Below, one piece after another: positions 1 to 8,078 of a stretch of 51,621 bases of DNA. The DNA comes from Verrucomicrobiota bacterium (GTDB lineage Bacteria > Verrucomicrobiota > Verrucomicrobiia > Palsa-1439), in contig OMJI01000097.1 of the NCBI GenBank assembly GCA_900299315.1, positions 1 to 51,621 on the forward strand, given 5' to 3'. Each line of letters starts with the position of its first letter. The stretch's first letter is position 1. The notes beneath the pieces are model-generated. The model did not search any database. It had not been told where the DNA came from and saw only the letters and a program-made list of their open reading frames with translations. The translations under genes and the position numbers were made by a program.

Positions 1-15
1 AAACTGCTCCGCCTG

Positions 16-44
16 TTGACACCCTTCTCCGCGCCCGGTACTAT
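16..44 (+). promoter_or_regulatory. sigma-70-type promoter candidate for tRNA-Val
   Basis: TTGACA (16-21), 17-nt spacer, TACTAT (39-44), about 19 nt upstream of the mature tRNA 5' end. Confidence 0.4.
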
Positions 45-62
45 GCGCCGCGGTTGCAACGG

Positions 63-139
63 GGACGATTAGCTCAGTTGGCTAGAGCGCTTCCTTGACA
101 TGGAAGAGGTCACAGGTTCAAGTCCTGTATCGTCCACCA
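63..139 (+). tRNA. tRNA-Val (anticodon GAC)
   Basis: Cloverleaf read by eye: acceptor GGACGAT/ATCGTCC, D arm GCTC-AGTTGGCTA-GAGC, anticodon stem CTTCC/GGAAG with loop TTGACAT, T arm ACAGG-TTCAAGT-CCTGT, discriminator A and encoded CCA; 77 nt. Confidence 0.9.
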
Positions 140-184
140 TCCTTCGCTCGCAGCATGGTTAAGTAATTCAAAGGAGATCTCATC

Positions 185-679
185 ATGGCACTCAAAGTTG
201 GCGACAAGGCACCGGATTTTTCACTCACCGTCAAAGCGGCTGACGGACTCAAAAAACTCAAGCTCAGCGACAATGCCGGGAAGAAGAACACGCTGTTGCT
301 CTTCGTCCCGATGGCGTTTACCGGGGTTTGCACCAAGGAATTTTGCGAGATCAGCGCGGGTCTCGGCCAGTACACCTCCCTCAACGCCGACGTCTGGGGC
401 ATCAGCGGCGACAATCCGTTCGCGCAGGAAGCTTGGGCGACGAAGGAGAAAATCACGCTCCCGTTGCTCTCCGATTACGACCACAAAGTCGCCACGGCCT
501 ACGGCGTCGCCTACACGGCCTTCCTCCCGGCCAAAGGCCTCGACATGGGCGGCGTGCCGAAACGCAGCGCCTTCGTCGTCGACAAAGCCGGTGTGATTCG
601 CTACGCGGAAGTGAACGACGATCCCGGCAAGCTGCCGAATTTCGACGCGATCAAAGCCTGCCTCGCGCAGTTGAAATAG
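185..679 (+). CDS. peroxiredoxin (AhpC/TSA-redoxin family)
   Basis: 164-aa ORF; KVGDKAPDF N-terminus and FTGVCTKEFC peroxidatic-Cys context typical of Prx/redoxin family. Confidence 0.85.
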   Translation: MALKVGDKAPDFSLTVKAADGLKKLKLSDNAGKKNTLLLFVPMAFTGVCTKEFCEISAGLGQYTSLNADVWGISGDNPFAQEAWATKEKITLPLLSDYDHKVATAYGVAYTAFLPAKGLDMGGVPKRSAFVVDKAGVIRYAEVNDDPGKLPNFDAIKACLAQLK

Positions 680-683
680 CGAC

Positions 684-2120
684 TCACTCCCGACCGGGGT
701 GGAGTCCGAACTGGATCAACTTTTCCCGCATCGTCGGCCGCGAGACACCGAGCCACTTCGCGGCTTTCGCTTGGTTTCCTTGCGCGAGTTGGATTGCCTG
801 GGCGTACAGCTCGCGCTCCATGGCGGCGGTCAACTCTGCGTGGACGCTGTCGGATTCCCCACGCGCGGCGCGGCCGAGTAGTTCACTGACGTACGCCGTG
901 AGCGTCTGCGTCGCGCCCGGCAACGGCGCGCGGGCTTGGGAATGGGCTTGCCGGACTTCCTCCAAGCCGAGCGTGTTGGTGCGGGTCAGCAGCAACGCGC
1001 GGCGGACGACATTCTCCAACTCGCGGATGTTACCGGGCCACGGCTGTTGTTGCAGGTAATCCACCGCTTCGGCGGTCGCGGTCGCGTTGGCCACGCCCAA
1101 CTCGCCGCCGTGCCGCTGCAGGAAGTACCGGACCAAGGCGGGGATGTCCTCCCGGCGTCGCCGCAGGGCCGGTAGCTGGACCACGGCGACATTCAGCCGG
1201 TAGTAGAGGTCTTCGCGAAATTGCTTCTCCGCAATCGCCGCCTCCAAGTCCCGATGCGTCGCGGCAATCACGCGCACATCCACCGGCAACGTCTCCCGGC
1301 CGCCGAGCCGCTGGATGGTTTTCTCCTGCAACACGCGCAACAACTTCGCCTGCGTACCGAGCGTCATATCGCCAATCTCATCGAGGAAGATGGTCCCGCT
1401 GTTCGCCTGTTCGAACCGGCCAATCCGCCGCGCGGTCGCGCCAGTGAACGCGCCCTGCTCGTGACCGAAAAGTTCGCTCTCCAGCAGCGTCTCGGGAATC
1501 GCGACGCAGTTGACCACCACAAACGGTCGCCCGACCCGGTCGCTGTGCTGGTACAACGCGCGGGCGACGAGTTCCTTGCCGGTGCCGGTCTCACCCCGGA
1601 TCAGGACGGTGACCGGCTTCGTCGCGAGCCGGCCGATTTCCTTGTACACGTCCTGCATCGCGCGGCTTTCGCCGATGATGGTGTCTTGCCCGGTCGCGCC
1701 GCTGCCGACCGCCACCTCCGCCGAAACCAACCGGCTGCCGACGACGGCCTTGTGGACGAGTTCGAGCAGCTCACCGGGATCGAACGGCTTGAGCAAATAA
1801 TCGTACGCGCCGAGCTTCGTGGCTTCGATGGCCGTCTCGGTGGTGTGATGGGCGGTCATCAAGATGATTGGCAGGTTCGGCTTGGCGATGTGAAGTTGCC
1901 GGATCAAATCGAGCCCGGCTTTTGCGTCGAGCGGACTGGCGCCCGGAAGTTGCAGATCGGTGATCACCACGTCGAACGGCACGCTCGTGGCCCGCGCCAA
2001 CCCGCTGCTGGCCGTGCCGGTGGTCTCGACGAGGTAGCCTTCGAGTTGGAAGACGTTCTGGAGCGACATCGCCAGCGATTCGTCGTCCTCGATGATCAAG
2101 ATGTGCGGGGCTGGTTTCAT
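684..2120 (-). CDS. sigma-54-dependent response regulator (NtrC family)
   Basis: Receiver domain N-terminus, AAA+ core with GETGTGKE Walker A and GAFTGA sigma-54 contact loop (ESELFGHEQGAFTGA), C-terminal HTH; ATGA start/stop overlap with upstream kinase gene. Confidence 0.9.
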   Translation of the reverse strand: MKPAPHILIIEDDESLAMSLQNVFQLEGYLVETTGTASSGLARATSVPFDVVITDLQLPGASPLDAKAGLDLIRQLHIAKPNLPIILMTAHHTTETAIEATKLGAYDYLLKPFDPGELLELVHKAVVGSRLVSAEVAVGSGATGQDTIIGESRAMQDVYKEIGRLATKPVTVLIRGETGTGKELVARALYQHSDRVGRPFVVVNCVAIPETLLESELFGHEQGAFTGATARRIGRFEQANSGTIFLDEIGDMTLGTQAKLLRVLQEKTIQRLGGRETLPVDVRVIAATHRDLEAAIAEKQFREDLYYRLNVAVVQLPALRRRREDIPALVRYFLQRHGGELGVANATATAEAVDYLQQQPWPGNIRELENVVRRALLLTRTNTLGLEEVRQAHSQARAPLPGATQTLTAYVSELLGRAARGESDSVHAELTAAMERELYAQAIQLAQGNQAKAAKWLGVSRPTMREKLIQFGLHPGRE

Positions 2121-3499
2121 GGGTTGTGCACCGGCAGGCTGACGCGGAACGTCGTCCCGCGTCCGGGCTCAGTCTGGAAATCCAATTTGCCGCCGTGCCG
2201 CTCGACGATGCCGGCCGCGATGGACAAGCCGAGGCCGGCACCCCCGGGCTTGGTGCTGAAGAACGGCTCGAACAACCGGCGTTGCACGGCGGGTGGAATA
2301 CCGGGCCCGTTGTCCTCCACTTCCAAAAGGACCCGCTGCCGGTCGAGCCGGCCGCGCAACCGGATCAGACCGCCGGTGCCGCAGCTTTCCGCCGCGTTCT
2401 GCACCAAGTTGATGAGCACTTGCTTGAGCTGATGCGCGTCGCCGAACAACGGCGCGTCCACCACCTCGGCCAGTTCGAGCGTCACGTTCTGGCGCTCGCA
2501 CGCCGGGCGGAGCAGCGAACAGACCTCCTCCAGCAAGGGCCGGCTCGTCATCACGACCCGCGTTGGTTCCGCGGGCCGGGCGGTGGCGAGGAAGTCCCGC
2601 ACGATCCGGTTGAGCCGGTTGATCTCGGCACGGATGACGCCGGCATCCTCCAACTCCGGTGACCCGCGCGGCAACGCGCGTTCGAGCGTGAAAAGCCGGG
2701 CACTGATGGCGGTCAGCGGATTGCGAATCTCGTGGGCGACCCCGGCCGCGAGCTGGCCGAAATGCGCGAGCTTCTGCTGGTTCTCGATGACGACTTCGCT
2801 GGCGCTCAGGCGTTGGCGCAACGGGGCCACGATCCGCCGGTAGCCGATGACCACCAGCCAGATCACCAACCCGCCGAGCGTCAGCACCAGCGCAATCATC
2901 AACTGGCGCAACCAGCCAAACCATTGCCGGGAGCCCGTCAGGAAAAGATCAATCGCCCCGGCTTGCGAGCGCGCTTGGGTGGCCATCTGGCGAAGGACGT
3001 CCGCTTTTCCCTCAGCCGCTTCCTCGATTTCCTCGGTCACGACGAGGCCGGCACCCATCACTCCGCCGAGTCGCTGGCTCTCCCTGAGGTAAGCGTCGGT
3101 CGCCTGCTGCAACTCCGCGAGCGTCGCGACGAAATCCACCGTCATCCCGATGGGGCGGACGAGGATGAGCTTGCCCTTGGTGACGGTGGCTTGCTTGGTT
3201 TCGAGCCATTTGCGGAAGGTCCGGCTGGCGAGTTGAAACCGCTGCCAGGCGGCGGCATCGCGCCGCGTCGCGACGGCGACGAGGTCGGTGTGGGATTGGG
3301 CGAGGAACATTTCCACTTGCTCGGCAATTTCGTTGAACTCGCGCTGCACGGGGGTGAGCGTCAGGGGGATGCGATCCACTTCCTGCACGATGCGGAACGC
3401 ATGCCACGCGGCCCACCCGGTCAGGATGGTTAGCAGAAACAGAACCAGCTCGAGCCAGCGCCCGCGGCCACGGCCATTCGAGTGAACCCGGTCAGTCAT
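2117..3499 (-). CDS. sensor histidine kinase
   Basis: Two TM segments flanking a periplasmic region, H-box HEIRNPL, HATPase motifs DNGPGIP and GGAGLGLSIA; translationally coupled to the response regulator. Confidence 0.85.
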   Translation of the reverse strand: MTDRVHSNGRGRGRWLELVLFLLTILTGWAAWHAFRIVQEVDRIPLTLTPVQREFNEIAEQVEMFLAQSHTDLVAVATRRDAAAWQRFQLASRTFRKWLETKQATVTKGKLILVRPIGMTVDFVATLAELQQATDAYLRESQRLGGVMGAGLVVTEEIEEAAEGKADVLRQMATQARSQAGAIDLFLTGSRQWFGWLRQLMIALVLTLGGLVIWLVVIGYRRIVAPLRQRLSASEVVIENQQKLAHFGQLAAGVAHEIRNPLTAISARLFTLERALPRGSPELEDAGVIRAEINRLNRIVRDFLATARPAEPTRVVMTSRPLLEEVCSLLRPACERQNVTLELAEVVDAPLFGDAHQLKQVLINLVQNAAESCGTGGLIRLRGRLDRQRVLLEVEDNGPGIPPAVQRRLFEPFFSTKPGGAGLGLSIAAGIVERHGGKLDFQTEPGRGTTFRVSLPVHNP

Positions 3500-3514
3500 G
3501 CAGTGGTCACCGGT

Positions 3515-3541
3515 TTGCCAGCGGTGGCAACTCCGTTGCCA
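3515..3541. promoter_or_regulatory. candidate enhancer (UAS) half-sites for the NtrC-type activator
   Basis: TTGCCA-gcgg-TGGCAA-ctccg-TTGCCA: three alternating inverted half-sites about 80-100 nt upstream of the sigma-54 promoter. Confidence 0.35.
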
Positions 3542-3616
3542 CTCGGCGCGTCGCAGAAATCGGAGCAGGTGAAGTTTTTCGAGGGAAACTCGCGATTCTC
3601 ATGTTGCAGATCTGCT

Positions 3617-3632
3617 TGGCACATCCATTGCA
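3617..3632 (+). promoter_or_regulatory. sigma-54 (-24/-12) promoter
   Basis: TGGCAC(3617-3622)-atcca-TTGCA(3628-3632) is an exact match to TGGCAC-N5-TTGCW; 55 nt upstream of the DUF3570 ATG and divergent from a sigma-54 activator gene. Confidence 0.6.
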
Positions 3633-3686
3633 AATGCGGTGCCGCCAGTTAACAAGGAGCTACGCCAAACTGCAATCACGGACTGC

Positions 3687-4838
3687 ATGAAAACCTCCCG
3701 CGCCACGACGCGCGCCTCCCGGCTCACATTCCTCCTCGCCTTCACCGCGCAATTCCTGCCGCTCGGTCGCGCCCGGTCGGAAGACCACGTCGATTACAAG
3801 TTCGAGTACTACATCGAGGACAACAACCGGATCAAAATCCAGACCCACGGCCTGCTCTTCGAGAAGGAACTTTCAGCCAACCTCTCGCTCAAGGGCGAGT
3901 ACGTCTACGACGGGATCTCCGGCGCGACGCCCACCGGCGCGCCGCCGCCCATCGGCTCCTCGCAGGTCGTCACGACGCACATGGAAGATGTCCGCAATGC
4001 CGGCTCCCTCGAACTGGCGGCCAAGCTCGGCAATCACACGCTCACGCCGCAAATCTCCTACAGCACCGAGAGCGATTACGACTCGCTCGGCTTCGCCATC
4101 AACGACGCGATCGATTTCAACCAGAAGAACACCACGCTCCTGCTCGGCATCTCGCAGACGCTCGACAAGATCCAGCCGAAGTTCTGGACCTCCGCCAAAC
4201 ACAAGGACAGCACCGACGCGATGGTCGGCGTCACCCAGTTGCTCGACCCGCGCACGATCCTGCAGGTCAACTTCACGCTCGGCTATTCGAGCGGATATCT
4301 CGCCGACCCCTACAAAGCAGTGCGGTTCGACGGCTACCCGGACCCGAACAGCGTGTTCCCAGAAAAACGCCCCGGCGAGCGCACGAAGGAAATCATCTTC
4401 CTCTCGCTGACGCATTACTTCGACAAACCCAACGCTAGCCTCGAAGCGTCCTACCGGTTCTATCACGACTCGTTCGACATCTTCAGCCACACGGTCGGGC
4501 TGGCGTGGCATCAGAAAATCGGCAAGCACCTGATCATCTCGCCGCTGTTCCGGTACTACGACCAGACCGCGGCGGACTTCTACGGCGTGCGCTTCCCCGG
4601 TGACCCGTCGGACCCCGAATCGACAATCCCGATCCCGAAATACTACTCCGCAGACTACCGGCTCTCGTCGATGCACACCTTCACCTACGGCGTCGAGGCC
4701 GAGGCCATCATCAAGGAATGGCTCCACCTCAACGCCGCCTACAAACGCTACACGATGCACGGCGACGACGGCGAGACGCCCGCCAGCGCTTATCCCCAAG
4801 CCCACATCTTCACTGTCGGAGCGCGGATATGGTTCTGA
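3687..4838 (+). CDS. DUF3570-like outer-membrane beta-barrel protein
   Basis: Signal peptide after Met at 3687 (the 3639 start lies upstream of the predicted sigma-54 TSS near 3643); alternating beta-strand pattern, aromatic C-terminus (ARIWF); family recalled from its known association with ApbE/TlpA/DUF4266. Confidence 0.7.
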   Translation: MKTSRATTRASRLTFLLAFTAQFLPLGRARSEDHVDYKFEYYIEDNNRIKIQTHGLLFEKELSANLSLKGEYVYDGISGATPTGAPPPIGSSQVVTTHMEDVRNAGSLELAAKLGNHTLTPQISYSTESDYDSLGFAINDAIDFNQKNTTLLLGISQTLDKIQPKFWTSAKHKDSTDAMVGVTQLLDPRTILQVNFTLGYSSGYLADPYKAVRFDGYPDPNSVFPEKRPGERTKEIIFLSLTHYFDKPNASLEASYRFYHDSFDIFSHTVGLAWHQKIGKHLIISPLFRYYDQTAADFYGVRFPGDPSDPESTIPIPKYYSADYRLSSMHTFTYGVEAEAIIKEWLHLNAAYKRYTMHGDDGETPASAYPQAHIFTVGARIWF

Positions 4839-5815
4839 GCACCGACCTCGTCCACGAACGCATCCTGCAATCCGTCCGCGAGACGGCGTCCGACGGCTGC
4901 ACCAAGCTCGCGTTTCAGGCGATGGGGACGCAGTGCGAGATCACGTTCGTCCCACCGGCTCCGGCGCAGGCGAAGGAATTCAAACGCGCTGTACTCCGGT
5001 GGGTCGCGGAGTTTGAGGCGAAATACTCCCGGTTCATCACCACGAGCCTGATCGGCCAAATCAACGCCGCCGCCGGTAAAGAGTGGGTGGCCGTCGACGC
5101 CGAGACCGACCGGCTGTTCACACTCTGCGGCGAGTTGTACGCGTTCACCGGCGGTGCCTTCGACCCGACCGCCCTGCCGCTCCTGAAAGTCTGGAATTGG
5201 AAAGCCCAACCGCCCGTCCTCCCTTCCGCCGACGTCATCAACGCCGCGCGGAACCTCACCGGCTGGCACAAAGTCCAACGCCAGCCCGGCGCCATCTTCC
5301 TTCCCGAAGCCGGCATGGGGCTTGACCTCGGCGGCATCGGCAAGGAATACGCCGTCGATTGTGCCGCCGAGCTGGCGCGCAACCACGGCATCAACCACGT
5401 GCTCGTGGATTTCGGTCACGACGTCCTCGCCCGCGGCCAACCGCCGCACAAACCGGCCTGGCACATCGGCCTCGAAGACCCGCGGCACCCGGGCACCTGC
5501 TGGACCGGCATCGCGGCGCGCGACCTTGCCGTCGCCACCTCCGGCAACTATCTCCGGCAATTTGAAATCAACGGCCGCCGGTACGGTCACATTCTCGACC
5601 CGCGCACCGGCTACCCGGTCAGCAACGATTCCGAATCCGTCACGATCCTCGCCCCGAGTTGCACCGTGGCCGGGGCGCTGTCCACCACCGCTTTCATCCT
5701 CGGCGCCGAGGCCGGGCTTCGTCTCATCGAATCCCATCCCCAAGCCGACGGCTGCATCATCACCCGCAGACAACACCACGAAACAAGGAGATTCCATGCG
5801 TATGTCACCCGCTAA
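4829..5815 (+). CDS. apbE: FAD:protein FMN transferase (ApbE family)
   Basis: ApbE-like sequence (FDPTALPLLKVW, LDLGGIGKEYAVD, ATSGNY); start trimmed to ATG 4829, which overlaps the DUF3570 stop. Confidence 0.85.
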   Translation: MVLSTDLVHERILQSVRETASDGCTKLAFQAMGTQCEITFVPPAPAQAKEFKRAVLRWVAEFEAKYSRFITTSLIGQINAAAGKEWVAVDAETDRLFTLCGELYAFTGGAFDPTALPLLKVWNWKAQPPVLPSADVINAARNLTGWHKVQRQPGAIFLPEAGMGLDLGGIGKEYAVDCAAELARNHGINHVLVDFGHDVLARGQPPHKPAWHIGLEDPRHPGTCWTGIAARDLAVATSGNYLRQFEINGRRYGHILDPRTGYPVSNDSESVTILAPSCTVAGALSTTAFILGAEAGLRLIESHPQADGCIITRRQHHETRRFHAYVTR

Positions 5816-6263
5816 ACTGCTCGCGCTCGCCCTCGTCGGCACCGCGCTTCACGTCCACGCCGCCGCGCTCAAAGTCGGCGACCCGTTTCCCAAGCTGCCG
5901 GAGACGCCGGCCGGCAAGGTCGTCATCGTCGATTTCTGGGCGAGCTGGTGTAACCCGTGCAAGTCATCGTTCCCGGTGCTGGAAGAGTTGCACCAGAAAT
6001 ACGCCGACCGGGGCGTGGTGATCATTGGCGTCAACGTCGATGACAAACGCGCCGAGATGGAGCAGTTCCTCAAGGAGCACAAGGCGACTTTCCCCATCGT
6101 CCACGACGCCGACAAACATCTCGTCGCCGCTGCTGACATCGCCACGATGCCGACCTCGTTCATCCTCGACGGCACCGGCCACATCCGCGCGATTCACAAC
6201 GGATTCCACGGCGACAAGACCAAACAACAGTACATCACCGAAATCGAATCGCTCCTCAAATGA
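5796..6263 (+). CDS. TlpA-family periplasmic thiol-disulfide oxidoreductase
   Basis: AAGGAG RBS before ATG 5796, signal peptide, thioredoxin fold with WCNPC active site. Confidence 0.85.
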   Translation: MRMSPAKLLALALVGTALHVHAAALKVGDPFPKLPETPAGKVVIVDFWASWCNPCKSSFPVLEELHQKYADRGVVIIGVNVDDKRAEMEQFLKEHKATFPIVHDADKHLVAAADIATMPTSFILDGTGHIRAIHNGFHGDKTKQQYITEIESLLK

Positions 6264-6571
6264 AATCCAAAGGTCATCACACGCTTGGAGGGCGCGGCTC
6301 CCGCCGCGCCGCCTTCAGCACACCGGCGACACCAACGGCGCGGCAGGAGCCGCGCCCTCCACGGTGGCGGAACGCGCTAGCTCTGCTAGCCATCCTCGTG
6401 ACCGCCGGTTGCACCAACGTCAAACCGTGGGAGCGCAGCGTGCTCGCCGATTACACGATGCGGGCCGACCGCGATCCGCTCGCGATGAAGAACTCCGAGC
6501 ACGTCTGGTTCTCCCGCGAGGCTGCCTCGGGCGGACGCGGGGTCGGCGGGGGCGGTTGCGGCTGCAATTAA
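6260..6571 (+). CDS. DUF4266-like small lipoprotein
   Basis: Lipobox LVTAGC followed by TNVKPWERSVLADYTM and C-terminal GGGGCGCN; ATGA overlap with tlpA stop; true start uncertain (long basic N-terminal extension). Confidence 0.7.
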   Translation: MKSKGHHTLGGRGSRRAAFSTPATPTARQEPRPPRWRNALALLAILVTAGCTNVKPWERSVLADYTMRADRDPLAMKNSEHVWFSREAASGGRGVGGGGCGCN

Positions 6572-6575
6572 ACCC

Positions 6576-8066
6576 ATGAAGACCATCCTCTGCGCACTCT
6601 TGTTGGCGGCGACCGGCTACGCCGAGAATCCATTCCGCGTCACGCCGCACCTCGAAGCCGGTGGCCAAGTGCGGGTCGAGTTCGTCGTCCCGACCGGGCT
6701 GCATCTCTACGCCGACAAGCTCGGGTTTGAAATCGATGACCAGCCGGTCCGTTTCACGTTACCCACGCCGGTAATGAGCGACGGCAAGGCGGTGTACACC
6801 CAGTCATTCACCGCCCGCTACCAAGCCGGCACGCCGCCGGGGAAGCTCATCGTCCGCTACCAAGGCTGCGACGACGCGAATTGCTTCTTCCCGCAGACCG
6901 AGACGTTCACGTTCGGTAAGACCACCGCCCCGGTGATTCCCGTCGCGTCACAGCCCACCGGTGAATGGCGCACGTTGGCCGACAAATTCACCGTCACCGC
7001 CCGGGCCAGCGGTTACCTCAGCGAGAACGATTTCCTCCGGTTCCTATCGCAGCATGAATCCGCCGCGACCGCCGCCGCCAGTTGGGGCCTCTTCGCCACG
7101 CTGGTGTTGACGCTGCTCGGTGGTGCCGGGCTGAACCTCACGCCCTGCATCCTGCCGCTCATCCCGATCAACCTCGCCATCATCGGCGCCGGCACCCGGG
7201 CGGGTTCGCGGCGGCGTGGCTTCGCGCTCGGCGGAATGTACGCGGCCGGCATGGCGTTGGCGTACGGCGGGCTGGGCATCATCGTGGTGCTCACCGGGGC
7301 GAAGTTCGGCACGCTCAACTCGTCGCCGTGGTTCAACCTCGGCATCGCGGTCATCTTCGTCGTGCTCGCGCTGGCGATGTTCGACAAGTTCACAATCGAT
7401 CTCTCCCGGTTCCAAGGCCGGGCAGCCACCGGCGGCGAACCGAAAAGCAGTTTCGTCGTCGCCTACACGATGGGCTCCGTCGCCGCGTTGCTGGCCGGGG
7501 CCTGCGTCGCCCCGGTCGTGATCTCCGTGCTCGTGCAGGCCACCACGCTTTACAACCGCGGGCACACCGTCGCGCTGGCGCTGCCGCTGTTGCTCGGCGT
7601 GGGGATGGGGTTGCCGTGGCCGTTTGCCGGCGCGGGCTTGTCGTTCCTGCCCAAGCCGGGCGTCTGGATGACCCGCGTGAAATACGCGTTCGGCGCAATG
7701 ATCGCGCTGTTCTCGCTCTACTACGCCGGCCTCGCCTACCACGCATTCCGCGCGACAGGCCCGGCCACCGCGGGTGACGCGACGCGTCAACTCGCCGTCG
7801 CGCTCGCCGAGTCGCAACGAACGGGCAAGCCGGTGTTAGTCGATTTCTGGGCGAGCTGGTGCAAGAACTGTTCGGCGATGGAACACACGACGTTCCGCGC
7901 CGCGTCGGTGCAGCAACAGCTCGCGCAATTTGTGCAGGTCAAGCTACCGGCTGAGCGTCCCAACGACCCGGCCATGAAGGAAATTCTCGATTATTTCGGC
8001 GCGCTCGGTTTGCCGACGTATGTCGTGCTGACGCCGCGCCCCACTGAAGTCAGCCAATTAAACTAG
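6576..8066 (+). CDS. dsbD: DsbD-like thiol:disulfide interchange protein (CcdA core + C-terminal thioredoxin)
   Basis: Signal peptide, periplasmic N-domain, multi-TM CcdA-type core (LNLTPCILPLIP), C-terminal thioredoxin domain with WCKNC. Confidence 0.85.
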   Translation: MKTILCALLLAATGYAENPFRVTPHLEAGGQVRVEFVVPTGLHLYADKLGFEIDDQPVRFTLPTPVMSDGKAVYTQSFTARYQAGTPPGKLIVRYQGCDDANCFFPQTETFTFGKTTAPVIPVASQPTGEWRTLADKFTVTARASGYLSENDFLRFLSQHESAATAAASWGLFATLVLTLLGGAGLNLTPCILPLIPINLAIIGAGTRAGSRRRGFALGGMYAAGMALAYGGLGIIVVLTGAKFGTLNSSPWFNLGIAVIFVVLALAMFDKFTIDLSRFQGRAATGGEPKSSFVVAYTMGSVAALLAGACVAPVVISVLVQATTLYNRGHTVALALPLLLGVGMGLPWPFAGAGLSFLPKPGVWMTRVKYAFGAMIALFSLYYAGLAYHAFRATGPATAGDATRQLAVALAESQRTGKPVLVDFWASWCKNCSAMEHTTFRAASVQQQLAQFVQVKLPAERPNDPAMKEILDYFGALGLPTYVVLTPRPTEVSQLN

Positions 8067-8078
8067 CAAAGGAGTCAC

